Assembly: GCF_964204645.1 (NCBI RefSeq)
Contig: NC_134030.1
Location: forward strand, 479,355 to 543,354
From: Tubulanus polymorphus
Lineage: Eukaryota; Animalia; Nemertea
DNA length: 64,000 nt
Direction: 5' to 3'
The notes beneath the pieces were generated by a model, which saw nothing but the letters and a program-made list of their open reading frames with translations, was not told the DNA's origin and did no database searches. Numbering within the stretch: the stretch's first letter is position 1; each line of letters opens with the position of its first letter. Position numbers and translations under genes: made by a program. Below, in pieces: positions 12,471 through 26,045 of this stretch.

Positions 12471-15400
12471 AAATGTTTGTGGTCGGTGTATCCGGTATTG
12501 ATTGTATTACATACAGTCAGGACTTGTGTCAGAAACAGGGTAATTGTACGCCGACTCGTGAGAGGTGCACCGAGGGCGAGGACGCGTGCTTCTCGTCTTG
12601 GACATTCGAAAACACTAATAACTCTAACAATACTCGCGGTGAACTCGTAATGAAACTACAAGGATGTTGGTTGTGGACCGAGGCGTGCGATCCACACGGG
12701 AAGTGTATTAATCAACCGGCTAATAGTCATACCCTGTTATATCTGTGTTGTTGTAAAGCTGACGTTTGTAATAGACGCGAGAATATCACATTTATAGAAT
12801 ATCCGAAACCTAATACAACTACCGGTAAGTAGATACCCCTAACCCTCCATCACCCCATTTCTAGAGTCGTGAATACTCGAGGAAATACTCGAGTGAATGC
12901 TCTTTGATATATTTTACCAAAACCCAAGTGTAAAATTCAGAGAATTCGGATAAGCGAGGTTGACGCCACTGACCGGGAAAGCCTCAAACTTCATGGGAAT
13001 CACCAACATCTGACTATAAAGTCAAAGGCAACTCAGAGAATTTGACCAAAAAAACTCCCGAGAATTCAGATGATCTTGCGTTCCTTAATCAGTAAATGAT
13101 TCATTGAAAAATTTTAAACAGAAATTTCTTTGAATCTCTCGGGGGGATTTTGTGTTTTGGAAAAATCAGGTATTTATAAATTGACGGAAAGTGGCGCCAC
13201 CTTTTGCCTTCCCGTCTCCCGGTCATTTCGCTCGATTCACCCAAAACATACGGTACCGCTTAAACTGAAAATAATTGTGTATTGTTGCCTCGTGTTGTCT
13301 AGGTTACGAAGGTCCTATGATCTATCACTACACGCAGCAGAATCTACAGCCGGTTATATATATATTTATTGGACTGGTTGCCGTGTGTATCTTCGTAACC
13401 GTCGGATACTGGATGTATCGTAAATCACGCGATAGTTACCTTCAAGCGATACCGATCAGCGATCCGACTCCGCTAGCGCCATCTACGCCGTTATTAGGAC
13501 TACGCCCGATACAGCTGATCGAAGTGAAAGCCCGCGGGCGTTTCGGGGCCGTATGGAAGGCTCAGTGCGCGGGCGACGTCGTTGCCGTGAAGATATTCCC
13601 GTTATCCGATAAACAATCATGGATGAACGAACGAGATATCTTCAACTTACCGGGAATGAAACACGATAACCTACTGAGATTCATCGCGTCTGAACGGCGC
13701 GGAGAGAATCTTAACACTGATTTCTGGTTGATATCCGAGTTCCACGACAACGGGTCGCTATACGACTATCTGAAGGGTAATCTGTTGTCGTGGTGTGAAT
13801 TGTTGCGTTTAGCCGAATCGATGGCTCGCGGATTGTCGTATTTACACGAGGATATACCGGCGTCGAGAATCAGCGAACACAAACCCGCTATCGCTCATCG
13901 CGATTTTAAAAGTAAAAACGTATTGATAAAAAGTGATTTAACGGCCTGCCTGGCGGACTTTGGACTGGCGATGCCGTTTGATCCGTGCAAGAATCCGGGC
14001 GACGCCCACGGGCAGGTGAGTTCTTCACAGTATTTTTTTCGCATAACTAACCTTGGGCTCAGTTGCGCAGATATTAATGATTTAAGTCTAAAAGTGATCT
14101 TGGATCTAACTTGGTCTTAGACTGGTCTTAAAATTAAATGTGAACGACGACAGTGCAACCTGAAGTTATAGACCAGAGTGGCGCCAATGACTCTGGGAAA
14201 CCTGGAAAACTCTGGGAATAATGCTATTTACTGTGTGTTTCTTTATCAATATGTGATTCACTAAAAATGAATGAATTCTAACATTTTAAATCTAGAAATT
14301 ACTCAGATTCACTCAGGAATTTTGTGTAATCACAACGAAAATCAGGAAATTTTGAAATAGGCAGAAATTGAAGCCTGAAATTCGACCCTGCCTTAGTTTA
14401 AGAAGTAGCAAATATCAGTTTTAAGTTGAGATAGTTATTGATATTTTATTGTTTAGGTCGGTACGAGGAGATACATGGCTCCTGAAGTTTTAGAAGGAGC
14501 GATCAGTTTTAATCGAGATGCATTTTTACGTATCGATATGTACGCGTGTGGTTTAGTTTTATGGGAAATGGTCAACAGATGTAAAGCAGTCGACGGTAAG
14601 AAAGAATTTCAAACACTTTCTATAGCGACAGGGATGAAAATCTTCCAACCATAGATGGATAACCGACTTTCTCTTATTTTCTTCATTCCTGAGATCGGTG
14701 TAGATCACCTCAATCGCGCGCGTCGTATCGGAGCACTCCGTAGTTGGGAGTGCTCCTTAAGACGGTTTTGGCAGTTGTTAGCACAATTTTGGAGTCAGAG
14801 AAACCAATATGGCGTCTCATTCGAAAAGCGGCTCTAATTCAGAATATTTTCTGGCTTTTTCAATATCGGTGGTTTTCATCCGTGTCGCAACTAAAGTATA
14901 AATAATGATAGTTTCTATAGCGACAATAGTTGTGGTATTGTGATAGTATCTATAGCGACGATAGTTGCGGTATTGTTATAGTATCTATAGCGACGATAGT
15001 TGTGGTATTGTTACAGGTCCGGTACCGGATTACGTGCAGCCGTTTGAAGAGGATGTCGGTTTACACCCAACTCTCGAGGATATGCAGGATCACGTCGTTA
15101 CGAAGAAAGGTCGACCCGTTATTAAAGAGACGTGGATAAAACATGAGGTGCGTAGAATGATGATGTCATAGGGTGAATAACGCGTGAGATGGGGGATGTT
15201 ATAACGATGATGTCATAGGGTGAATAACGCGTGAGATGGGGGATGTTATATCGATGATGTCATAGGGTGAATAACGCGTGAGATGGGGGATGTTATATCG
15301 ATGATGTCATAGGGTGATTAACGCGTGAGATGGGGGATGTTATATCGATGATGTCATAGGGTGAATAACGCGTGAGATGGGGGATGTTATATCGATGATG

Positions 15401-15843
15401 TCATAGGGTGATTAACGCGTGAGATGGGGGATGTTATATCGATGATGTCATAGGGTGATTAACGCGTGAGATGGGGGATGTTATATCGATGATGTCATAG
15501 GGTGAATAACGCGTGAGATGGGGGATGTTATATCGATGATGTCATAGGGTGATTAACGCGTGAGATGGGGGATGTTATATCGATGATGTCATAGGGTGAT
15601 TAACGCGAGAGATGTTATAACGATGATGATTGTATATTGTAGGGTTTAAAGTTGATATGTGATACGATGGAGGAATGCTGGGATCACGACTCTGAGGCGA
15701 GATTATCGGCAGGATGCGTCGAAGAGAGAATATCGCAACTATCTAAAACAACAACAAACACCTCAAACAACTCTCCGATATCAGCGGCGACGGTTCTATT
15801 AGAACCCGATAAACATCTATCAAACATAGATACTAACGTATAA
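12471..15843 (+). CDS. ACVR2: Activin receptor type II (ACVR2/punt-like TGF-beta family Ser/Thr kinase receptor); first (signal peptide) exon not resolved
   Basis: In-phase GT-AG exons 12471-12824 (Cys-rich ectodomain with CCCKADVCN box), 13303-14015 (TM; [31 protein letters not shown]), 14457-14595 ([15 protein letters not shown]), 15017-15147, 15643-15843 ([20 protein letters not shown], stop). No GS box and a short C-tail, so activin type II rather than type I or BMPR2. Confidence 0.95.
15158..15628. repeat. 47-bp tandem repeat filling the last ACVR2 intron
   Basis: About 10 copies of gatgatgtcatagggtga(a/t)taacgcgtgagatgggggatgttata. Confidence 0.9.
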
Positions 15844-17489
15844 ACGGTACGGTCTCGACGACTAGGAGACGTTTAACTCTATCGGTCACCGTGACGATCT
15901 ACTGGTCACCGTGACGATCTACCGGTCACCGTGACGATCTACTGGTCACCGTGACGATCTACTCTACCGTCGCTGGACACTGCGCGGTTACCACGGATAC
16001 CGATTCTCGTGGGACGTGATGCAGTTACCATGGATACTGGTCATTACGTTGCCGTAGATACCATTATTTCGCAGATGCCAGTTGTCATGTGGTCGCCGTA
16101 GTTACCGATTACTGCGTTACCGCGGATACGTGTATATCGTTACCGATTGAGTGTATTGTTGTATTGTAGAGGTATTCATTGTTGTTATATTGATCCTGAT
16201 CGGGCAGCTGTTTGTATAACGTGGTATAGATGGCGCTGTATGAGATAGAGCAGTGCCGTGGCACGTGGCGTTGATCGAGATGATGATGAGTGTTATAATT
16301 GGTGCTAATGTAATTTGTCAGGGGGTAGGGAAGAGGGGGTAGGGAGGAGTTGGTAGGGAGCAGGGCCTGCTCTTGTCTTAGTAAGGATTATATTGAATTG
16401 TTTGTTTTTCCCCGACCGACCGACCGCAGACGGAATGTTTTCGAGGGGTTTTAATGATTCTCCCGTACTCTCCCGGCCCCCGGGTATTCAGTTAATTATA
16501 GCGAAGAAATCCTGAGAATATTCATATCCATGACAACATGAAAATCATTGTTTAAAATAGTTGACTATTATAATTATTATTATTATAATTATTATTATTA
16601 TTATGATGAATGAATTGAATTAGTGTGATGAATAATGATGTTAATTGATGTGACTTGTGAAAGTTGAAGGAGGCTGTCAGAAAAATGAGCACCGAAATTC
16701 ATCCTATTTCTCCCGTGCTCATTCTGTGTATATAATGTTTGAATCCCCCTCCCTCCCCTCTCCCCTCCTCTCCCCCTACAACCCCCTGAAATGTTTGTAA
16801 CATAATGTTGTATATAATGATTATTGACTGTGATATGATTGAATGAATGTTAATTGTATAAAATAGCGTAAATAACCATTTTCCCCTCTCCCCTCTCCCC
16901 TGCTAATCCCCCCCCCCAATCAGGGTATAGATTACTAGAACAAGCTGTACATACTTTACAGATGCTTGGGTTTTGAGTAGATTGGTATCAAAGGGGGCTC
17001 GGTTTACATAAGTGGGCTGGGTTAAAATAGCAAAGTGGGTGGGGTTTTGGTATCAACTTTGGTGGGGTTTTGGTATCAACGTTGGTGGGGTTTTGGTATC
17101 AATGTGGGTGGGGTTTTGGTATCAATGTGGGTGGGGTTTTGGTATCAACGTGGCCGGCAAACAGATTCCCGAAATTCCCCCCTCCCCCCACCTCCCCCTC
17201 TCCCTGTAACAACCATGACTATTATGAATTGACTGTGATTGTAGATATTACTTAATTATGCGTGTGACAGTGAGTTTTTCCTCGCTTGCCAGTACCCTGC
17301 GCGTGCCAGCGTCTGTTTCAGGGAATTTAATCTTCTAGTGAAAATAACAAATAATCAGGTTGTTTTATTATCAATGAGATTGAAAAATCTCTCTAAATGT
17401 TATCGATATTTCGTCCAGGAAAAAATAGTTCATTTTGATAGCGATTTCTCGAGATGTTTCATTCAGCCTTTTCTTGTGTCCGATCTCGA

Positions 17490-17980
17490 GGTTTTACAGA
17501 TATATCAATATCGTTTTAAACTCTCGCGGTTTTAGAGATATCTCAGTATTGTTTTAAACTCTCGCGGTTTTAGAGATATCTCGATATCGTTTTAAACTCT
17601 TGCAGTTTTAGAGATATCTCGATATCGTTTAAAAAGTCGACACGTAAGAGGTGTTTCAATATTGTTTTAAACTATCAGTTTGAGGGAAATCTCGATATTG
17701 TTTTAAAATCTCTCGCAGTTCTAGAGATATCTCGATATCGTTTTAAACTCTCGCAGTTTTAGAGATATCTCGATATTGTTTTAAATTCTCGCAGTTTTAG
17801 AGATATCTCGATATCGTTTAAAACTCGACACGTAAGAGGTGTTTCAATATTGTTTTAAACTATCAGTTTGAGGGAAATCTCGATATTGTTTTAAAATCTC
17901 TCGCAGTTCTAGAGATATCTCGATATCGTTTTAAACTCTCGCAGTTTTAGAGATATCTCGATATTGTTTCAAACTATCGA
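17490..17980. repeat. Tandem repeat with palindromic GAGATATCTC/CGATATCG cores
   Basis: Direct inspection. Confidence 0.85.
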
Positions 17981-18247
17981 GGAGGTTTTGAAAATAATGA
18001 CGGTAATGTTTGATTCAGAGTTGTAAATATTGTAAATAATTAAACAGTATTTGAATCAGGTGTAAATATATACAGTAATTATAAACCATACTAATAATCA
18101 TTGAATAAATAAATGGGCATTGATTTTATTAACCCTCTGAACCTTCATGTTACCCCCTCCCCCTCTCCTCCCCCTCTCCTGCTCCCCCTCCCTCCTAAAA
18201 TCTCATCTCGTGTTAATATTGAAGTATACTCAATATGTCATTTAAAC

Positions 18248-18276
18248 CTTGGAGTAATCAGACTGATTACTCCAAG
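18248..18276. mobile_element. 29-bp hairpin micro-element with 7-bp TSD (TTTAAAC)
   Basis: TTTAAAC|CTTGGAGTAATCA gac TGATTACTCCAAG|TTTAAAC. Confidence 0.6.
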
Positions 18277-18879
18277 TTTAAACCTAGTCTGATATTGACT
18301 GAAATTGTTTATTGATCGGCCACTATTCAGACTATCTTCATCTTACCCCCAACTCTCATCTTACCCCAACTCCTCTCGTCTTACCCCAACTCCTCTCATC
18401 TTACCCCAACTCCCCTCATCTTAGCCCCAACTCCCCTCATCTCACCCTATCTTACCTTCACACCTAGAAATAATTGTCTGTAGATATTTGTATAAAAGTA
18501 AAGGCGTGTATTGATTGTGAACCTACTGAACCTACTCCCAGTCAACCTAGATATAATATATTTTATAATATTCAACTAACTGCGGCGAGTAAGTTAATTA
18601 AACAGCGCCGCCTGTTGGTATAAATTTGAGATTTCTCTGTGTGGATCTTCCAGTTATAAACCTTACGGAATTCTACTGACAACAATTACCGGTAGTACGA
18701 GATTTAAAACTCGTCAGATGAAGAGGCAGCAGAAACTCGTGACACAGCATAACCGGTGTTTATATATATCTATCCCTCACATGCCGCAGGCAACTCTGCT
18801 TATAAATTAACACTGAAAACTATTATTAGTTACTCCATTTTTTTAACGTTTCGAATATCGTAGTAATATGTGTTGTTCA

Positions 18880-19466
18880 AGCTCGTGGGCCTAACACCCA
18901 CGCACTCGCAGGACTGTTCACGCCCGTGGGCCTGGAACCCTCGGGACTGTTCGAGTCCATGGGCCCGGCACTCGCGAGACTGTTCACGCCCGTGGGCCCG
19001 CAACCCTCGGGACTGTTCGAGTCCATGGGCCCGGCACTCACGAGACTGTTCACGCCCGTGGGCCCGCAACCCTCGGGACTGTTCGAGTCCATGGGCCCGG
19101 CACTCGCGGGACTTTTCATTCCCGTGGGCCGGAACCCGCTGGACTGTTCGAGTCCATGGGCCTGGCACTCGCGAGACTGTTCACGCCCGTGGGCCCAGAA
19201 CCTGCTGGACTGTTCGAGTCCGTGGGCTCGGCACTCGTGGGACTGTTCAAGCCCGTGGGCCCGGAACCCGCGGGACTGTTCACGCCCGTGGGCCCGGAAC
19301 CCGCAGGACTGTTCACGCCCGTGGGCCCGGAACCCGCGGGACTGTTCACGCCCGTGGGCCCGGAACCCGCGGGACTGTTCACACCCGTGGGCCCGGAACC
19401 CGCGGGACTGTTCACGCCCGTGGGCCCGGAACCCGCGGGACTGTTCACGCCCGTGGGCCCGGAACC
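18880..19466. repeat. GC-rich minisatellite (about 33-bp monomer, dimeric in part)
   Basis: Repeated gggactgttcacgcccgtgggcccggaacccgc; the source of overlapping spurious ORFs. Confidence 0.9.
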
Positions 19467-19817
19467 TATCTTCTCTCCCCAAAACTCACATCGAGCAGTT
19501 GATGATAAGCTCTGTGTAATCCGAGTTTCAGTGATTTGAACTCATGAGTCAAATCTTAAAAACGTGTCTCAGGAAAATCACTGATTTATTTTACAGACGT
19601 TTCAATTTTCACTTTCTCTTTCTTAAAAACTGCTGACTTTTTCGAGTTAGTTACTGAGTGTTTTATATAAACATACACAGTAATCATTATCGTCAACCGT
19701 GGAATATCCCCTAAATAAATAAATAAACACAATCAAAACTGAATTAATTCTAACTCTAAACCGATCGACGAACTGTGGAACTGGATCCTGTTCAATGGGA
19801 TGATTTTAGTTTAGTTA

Positions 19818-19980
19818 GGGATCATTCATTTATTACGTACGCATTAGGGGAGGGGGGAGGGGTCAGTGCAATTGCGTACTGTAATGCTTTATATATGAGA
19901 AAATGGCCGATTTTGCGTACAGAGGGGGAGGGGGGTTAAAAAATTCAAATTTTATGCCCACGTAATAAATGAATGATCCC
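19818..19980. mobile_element. MITE, PIF/Harbinger-like
   Basis: TIRs GGGATCATTCATTTATTACG / CGTAATAAATGAATGATCCC, flanked by TTA on both sides. Confidence 0.7.
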
Positions 19981-20319
19981 TTAATAATGTGTCAGTTGTA
20001 AATATATGAATATATATATCAGTCAGTCAATATAAAACTCAGTGACTATTCTATAAATAGATACAGTACAAACCTGTCAAACTGTAGGATTGGAGGGAGG
20101 CGGAGGGGGTGAAGGAGGGAGGGGAGGGGGTGAAGGAGGGAGGGGGAGGGGGTGAAGGAGGGAGGGGGAGGGGAGCAGAGTCTACAGTTTTATGTGTGCG
20201 TTTGAAATGTAAATAGAAAAACAGTGAATTTTTATTGGTTGTGATTTTTTTTTTGCCGACATCAATTAGATAATAGTAATAAACTATCAGTTAGAAGGGG
20301 AAAGTTTGACTCAGGGGGA

Positions 20320-21290
20320 TGAGTCCTCATATGGCAGGCAGTCCTCGGACACCAGTGAGTTGACTCACGGAGTCCTCTGACACCAGTGAGGTGACTCAAT
20401 GAGTCCTCAGATACCAGTTAGTTGACTTAGAGTCCTCAGATGGTAGGGAGGTGACTCAAGGAGTCCTCTGATACCAGTGAGTTGACTCAAGGAGTCCTCG
20501 GACACCATTTAGTTTACTAAGAGTCCTCAGATGGTAGGGAAATGACTCAAGGAGTCCTTAGATGGCAGAGTTGACTCAAGGAGTCCTCAGATACCAGTTA
20601 GTTAAACTAAGAGTCCTCAGATGGTAGGGAGGTGACTCAAGGAGTCCTCCGAAACCAGTAAGTTGACTCAAGGAGTCCTCGCACACCAGTTAGTTGACTC
20701 ACGGAGTCCTCTGACACCAGTGAGGTGACTCAATGAGTCCTCAGATACCAGTTAGTTGACTAAGAGTCCTCAGATGGTAGGGAGGTGACTCAAGGAGTCC
20801 TCTGATACCAGTGAGTTGACTCAAGGAGTCCTCAGACACCAGTTAGTTGACTCACGGAGTCCTCTGACACCAGTGAGGTGACTCAATGAGTCCTCAGATA
20901 CCAGTTAGTTGACTAAGAGTCCTCAGATGGTAGGGAGGTGACTCAAGGAGTCCTCTGATACCAGTGAGTTGACTCAAGGAGTCCTCGGACACCAGTTAGT
21001 TGACTCACGGAGTCCTCTGACACCAGTGAGGTGACTCAATGAGTCCTCAGATACCAGTTAGTTGACTAAGAGTCCTCAGCTGGTAGGGAGGTGACTCAAG
21101 GAGTCCTCTGATACCAGTGAGTTGACTCGAGGAGTCCTCGGACACCATTTAGTTGACTAAGAGTCCTCAGATGGTAGGGAAATGACTGAAGGAGTCCTTA
21201 GATGACAGAGTTGACTCAAGGAGTCCTCATATGACAGTTTACTCGAGGAGTCCTCAGATGCCAGTGAGTTGACTCGAGGAGTCCTCAAAC
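20320..21290. repeat. Minisatellite of about 30 bp with a 153-bp higher-order period
   Basis: TGACTCA..GAGTCCTC monomers; the cacggagtcc variant recurs at 20700, 20853 and 21006. Confidence 0.9.
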
Positions 21291-21534
21291 GGCAGAAATG
21301 GAGTTCCAGTATGATAAATAAAGAAGGTTCTTGGTTCAGATAATTTTTAAATAGTTCTCAATCATGTTTTAAATTGTTGTGTATAGTTCTTTCTGCTGCA
21401 TGTTTGTATTATTATTATTAATCATTAACAACTACAAAAAATATGATAAAATAAAATATTTTGGAGGAAATTCATCTTCGTTGTTCGTTCATAATTTTGA
21501 TTTGAGACAAATTCGATGACACCATCTTACTAGA

Positions 21535-23335
21535 TAAAGGCTTTCCAGAGATCAGCGGTCTATTGGGTTCTTTGCGAACACTTTCCTTGATTAGGGACCA
21601 GCAGCTACAAGATGAAACCTAGAGATCAGCTGTCTAAAGGGTTCTTTGCGAGCACTTTCCTTGATTAGAGCACAGCAGCTACAAGATGAAACCTAGAGAT
21701 CAGCTGTCTAAAGGGTTCTTTGCGAGCACTTTCCTTGATTAGGGACCAGCAGCTACAAGATGAAACCCGTCCTAGAGAACAGCTGTCTAAAGGGTTCTTT
21801 GCGAGCACTTTCCTTGATTAGGGACCAGCAGCTACAAGATGAAACCCGTCCCAGAGATCAGCTGTCTAAAGGGTTCTTTGCGAGCACTTTCCTTGATTAG
21901 GGACCAGCAGCTACAAGATGAAACCCGTCCCAGAGATCAGCTTCATAAAGGGTTCTTTGTGAACACTTTCCTTGATTAGGGACCAGCAGCTACAAGATGA
22001 AACCCGTCCTAGAGAACAGCTGTCTAAAGGGTTCTTTGCGAGCACTTTCCTTGATTAGGGACCAGCAGCTACAAGATGAAACCCGTCCCAGAGATCAGCT
22101 GTCTAAAGGGTTCTTTGCGAGCACTTTCCTTGATTAGGGACCAGCAGCTACAAGATGAAACCCGTCCCAGAGATCAGCTGTCTAAAGGGTTCTTTGGAGC
22201 ACTTTCCTTGATTAGGGACCAGCAGCTACAAGATGAAACCCGTCCTAGAGATCAGCTGTCTAAAGGGTTCTTTGGAACACTTTCCTTGATTAGGGACCAG
22301 CAGCTACAAGATGAAACCCGTCCTAGAGATCAGCTGTCTAAAGGGTTCTTGGTGAGCACTTTCCTTGATTAGGGACCAGCAGCTACAAGATGAAACCCGT
22401 CCTAGAGATCAGCTGTCTAAAGGGTTCTTTGGAACACTTTCCTTGATTAGGGACCAGCAGCTACAAGATGAAACCTGTCCTAGAGATCAGCTGTCTAAAG
22501 GGTTCTTGGTGAGCACTTTCCTTGATTAGGGACCAGCAGCTACAAGATGAAACCCGTCCTAGAGATCAGCTGTCTAAAGGGTTCTTTGCGAGCACTTTCC
22601 TTGATTAGAGACCAGCAGCTACAAGATGAAACCCGTCCCAGAGATCAGCTGTCTAAAGGGTTCTTTGCGAGCACTTTCCTTGATTAGGGACCAGCAGCTA
22701 CAAGATGAAACCCGTCCTAGAGATCAGCTGTCTAAAGGGTTCTTTGGAACACTTTCCTTGATTAGGGACCAGCAGCTACAAGATGAAACCTGTCCTAGAG
22801 ATCAGCTGTCTAAAGGGTTCTTGGTGAGCACTTTCCTTGATTAGGGACCAGCAGCTACAAGATGAAACCCGTCCTAGAGATCAGCTGTCTAAAGGGTTCT
22901 TTGCGAGCACTTTCCTTGATTAGAGACCAGCAGCTACAAGATGAAACCCGTCCCAGAGATCAGCTGTCTAAAGGGTTCTTTGCGAGCACTTTCCTTGATT
23001 AGGGACCAGCAGCCACAAGATGAAACCCGTCCTAGAGATCAGCTGTCTAAAGGGTTCTTTGGAACACTTTCCTTGATTAGGGACCAGCAGCTACAAGATG
23101 AAACCCGTCCCAGAGATCAGCTGTCTAAAGGGTTCTTTGTGAACACTTTCCTTGATTAGGGACCAGCAGCTACAAGATGAAACCTGTCCTAGAGATCAGC
23201 TGTCTAAAGGGTTCTTTGTGAACACTTTCCTTGATTAGAGACCGGCAGCTACAAGATGAAACCCGTCCTAGAGATCAGCTGTCTAAAGGGTTCTTTGGAG
23301 CACTTTCCTTGATTTTGGGACCAGCAGCTACAAGG
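21535..23335. repeat. 79-bp satellite (about 22 copies)
   Basis: agggaccagc at 21741 and 21820, and so on. Confidence 0.95.
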
Positions 23336-23953
23336 GTTCACGATCCGTCACAGGAAATCAGCAGCTGCAAGGGTTCTTCATTATCTTCAGGAATACTATT
23401 TAGTATTTAGTCGAAACATTGAAAATAAATACAAGGAATTCATTTATCTCTATGTATTGAAAGTGAACAATACTGCTACACGGAAACGTTGCTTGGTTTT
23501 AGAGAAACAAGGAACCGTAATAATTCTATTTAGTCAAACATTATAGAATTCAGTCAAACGCTGATACATAGTGTTTATATATTTATTGAATGATAAATAA
23601 TAGATATATTTATTTATTCACAGATAACAAAACAAACAAAAATACATCATAAACACAAATCACTGATCTCACTTCAATTATCAGTCGTAGAACTCCGAGC
23701 GTACAGGACATAGATAAAACCTAATAGTATCATTTCATGTGAAATATAAATCATTAAAAAAACAAGATCATTTTAAAAACTTGTATAAACAATTTTTCGT
23801 TTTAAATGTCACACGATGATATTGTCGATAATAATAATTTCAATCGATAAGCCCCGCATAAGTTCCCTTTTAACGGACATAGCATAAAAACAGAACTTAC
23901 ATAAATATTGATTATTTTATATCACGAATAAAAGAAGAATTGAATGTATATAT

Positions 23954-26045
23954 TTAATCACATTGAGGAGAAGCGATTGGAGCGTTCGCTTGAGACACTG
24001 GAGACATTGTTTGCGGGACGGGACTCTGATGTTTAGACGAGCGCGCCGACCCCGGGGCTGTCCCGGCGCGATCACTGCCCGCAGCGCTACCTTTACGCGG
24101 GGTCACCCCTTTAGCCCCAGACCGAGAACTGCACAGATTCACTTGAATTCCTTTATCGTCTGCAGTTTGTGTCGATTTATCGAAATCAAGTTGTTCCGTC
24201 ATTGATTGACGACTCTAGAAAAATATAAAAAAACATCTCTTTTACTGTCAAAGTAAAACTTGCAGTTTTTGTGAATATAAGCGCCCTCTATATCTCACCC
24301 ATATATTAGTGTCAGTCACAACTCGCTATTTTAGTGGGGACTATGATAATTTTGATGATCATTAAAATTCGAATTGAGACTCACGGGGTCCGATCCTTGT
24401 CCGATTGCCCGGGACACGTATATTCTCATCAGTGCAAGTAGGTTATCATTATCACTTGTCCCCCGGGCTAGTGCAATTTTATGTCACAAAGCTTTTTTCC
24501 CAATCGATACAATGGATGATAGTGCCACCAATTGGACTGCCTGTGTAGGGCAAGTATTTTTTGGAGGGGGCAAGCAAAATTTCAGATATGCTATGCTATT
24601 CAGATATGAGAGTATGGCGGTATAGAGAGTATGGCGGTATATCGGTGGTTGGCGGTATATTGAATGTGTGACTTCCCTGATTGTATACAGCTGCTGAAAA
24701 GTTTGTTAAACATAACCAGTAGATAATCCTATATAGTAACGATGAACTTTCAATTATCACTATATCAACTATCCACTGGTTAACACTAACCAACATTTCA
24801 GTAACCGCAGCGCCCCCTGGTGTATATGATTCTTACCGCCGGTGCCGAGCGAATGATCATTGGTTTCCCCTTCAATCGTTCGTCGCCCTCTATTTTCAGT
24901 TTAGCGAGTTCCTCGATCGCGTACGACGACCGGGCCGTCGGGTTCGATATATTGTTGCCTGTAACAACGCACACAATGAGAGTTAGTCTAGTTATGGTCA
25001 TCAGGTATTCGGTCATTTCTCTTATTCTTACCTGGTATTTTTCGGGGCATCTCCCAAGTGCCCACGAATTGACCCCACGGGCTTTCGTACGATCTCTGAA
25101 CGCCCGGTAACAGGTGTCCGCGATTGTTGGAGATTATTTGCGTGAACCCATCGAGAGGTCGAGGTCGCTGAAATCAGAGAACAGCAGACGGTTTTGAAAT
25201 CACTGTCAGAAGGTCTCACACTGGGGCCGCCAGGGACACTATGACCGTGGTAGGGTAGTAAGTACTATCTCAGGGCTGTGTTTTGACTGCGGGCGGGCCT
25301 GAATAGTGGCTGTGTTATGGGTGTGGGCCTGAATAGTGGCTGTGTTATGGGCGTGGGCCTGAATAGTGGCTGTGTTATGGGCGTGGGCCTGAATAGTGGC
25401 TGTGTTATGGGCGTGGGCCTGAATAGTGGCTGTGTTATGGGCGCGGGCCTGAATAGTGGCTGTGTTATGGGCGTGGGCCTATCATTATTAGTTGTATACA
25501 TCTCTGGGACTCTGTTGGGACCAGAGTAGCAGTAAGTACTATCTCTGGGCCCAACTGGGGCTGTGTTGCGGACCCGGGCCTGAATAGTGGCTGTGTGTTA
25601 TTGGCGCGGGCCTGAATAGCAGCTGTGTTAGGGCGTGGGCCAGGCTGTGTTATTGGGCGCGGGCCAGGCTGTGTTATGGGCGTGGGCCAGGCTGTGTTAT
25701 TGGGCGCGGGCCAGGCTGTGTTATGGGCGCGGTTATTAAACGTTACCTCTCTATATGATTTGGGAACTTCCCAATTCTGAAGTCGTTTCGCTTGAAATTG
25801 TTTGTCATACTGAAAAAATGAAGAAAAGCATAGGCCTAAAAATGAGAAACCACATCCTTGATCCACTGCACTGCATCAAACAAACAGTCAAACAAACAGT
25901 CTGTCACTGTCACTGTCACTGTCAGTGTCACCCAGATCAGCTCCCACTTCTCTTCTCCTCGATGAAGTCATTGATTCAGATACCTTTTTGCACTGATTGA
26001 TTGTATATTTATTCATACCTGGTTTGCGCTGAAATGTAACGCCAT
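23954..26045 (-). CDS. CFAP126: Flattop / cilia- and flagella-associated protein 126 homolog
   Basis: Exons 26045-26019 (MALHFSANQ), 25809-25747 (YDKQFQAKRLQNWEVPK), 25167-25032 (GFTQIISNNRGHLLPGV..SPWGQFVGTWEMP), 24958-24837, 24214-23954. Phases are consistent and the motifs match Flattop (SANQY..LQNW..TQIIANDRGHLLP..PWG.F.GTW.MP). Confidence 0.92.

Noticed and set aside
18690-18745. Possible hammerhead (cagatgaag...gaaactcg)
   Set aside because: The core lacks CUGA and helix II cannot form.
18830-19539. Six overlapping ORFs
   Set aside because: Artefacts of a GC-rich minisatellite.
20320-23335. CRISPR-like regular repeats
   Set aside because: No unique spacers and no cas genes; the context is eukaryotic satellite DNA.
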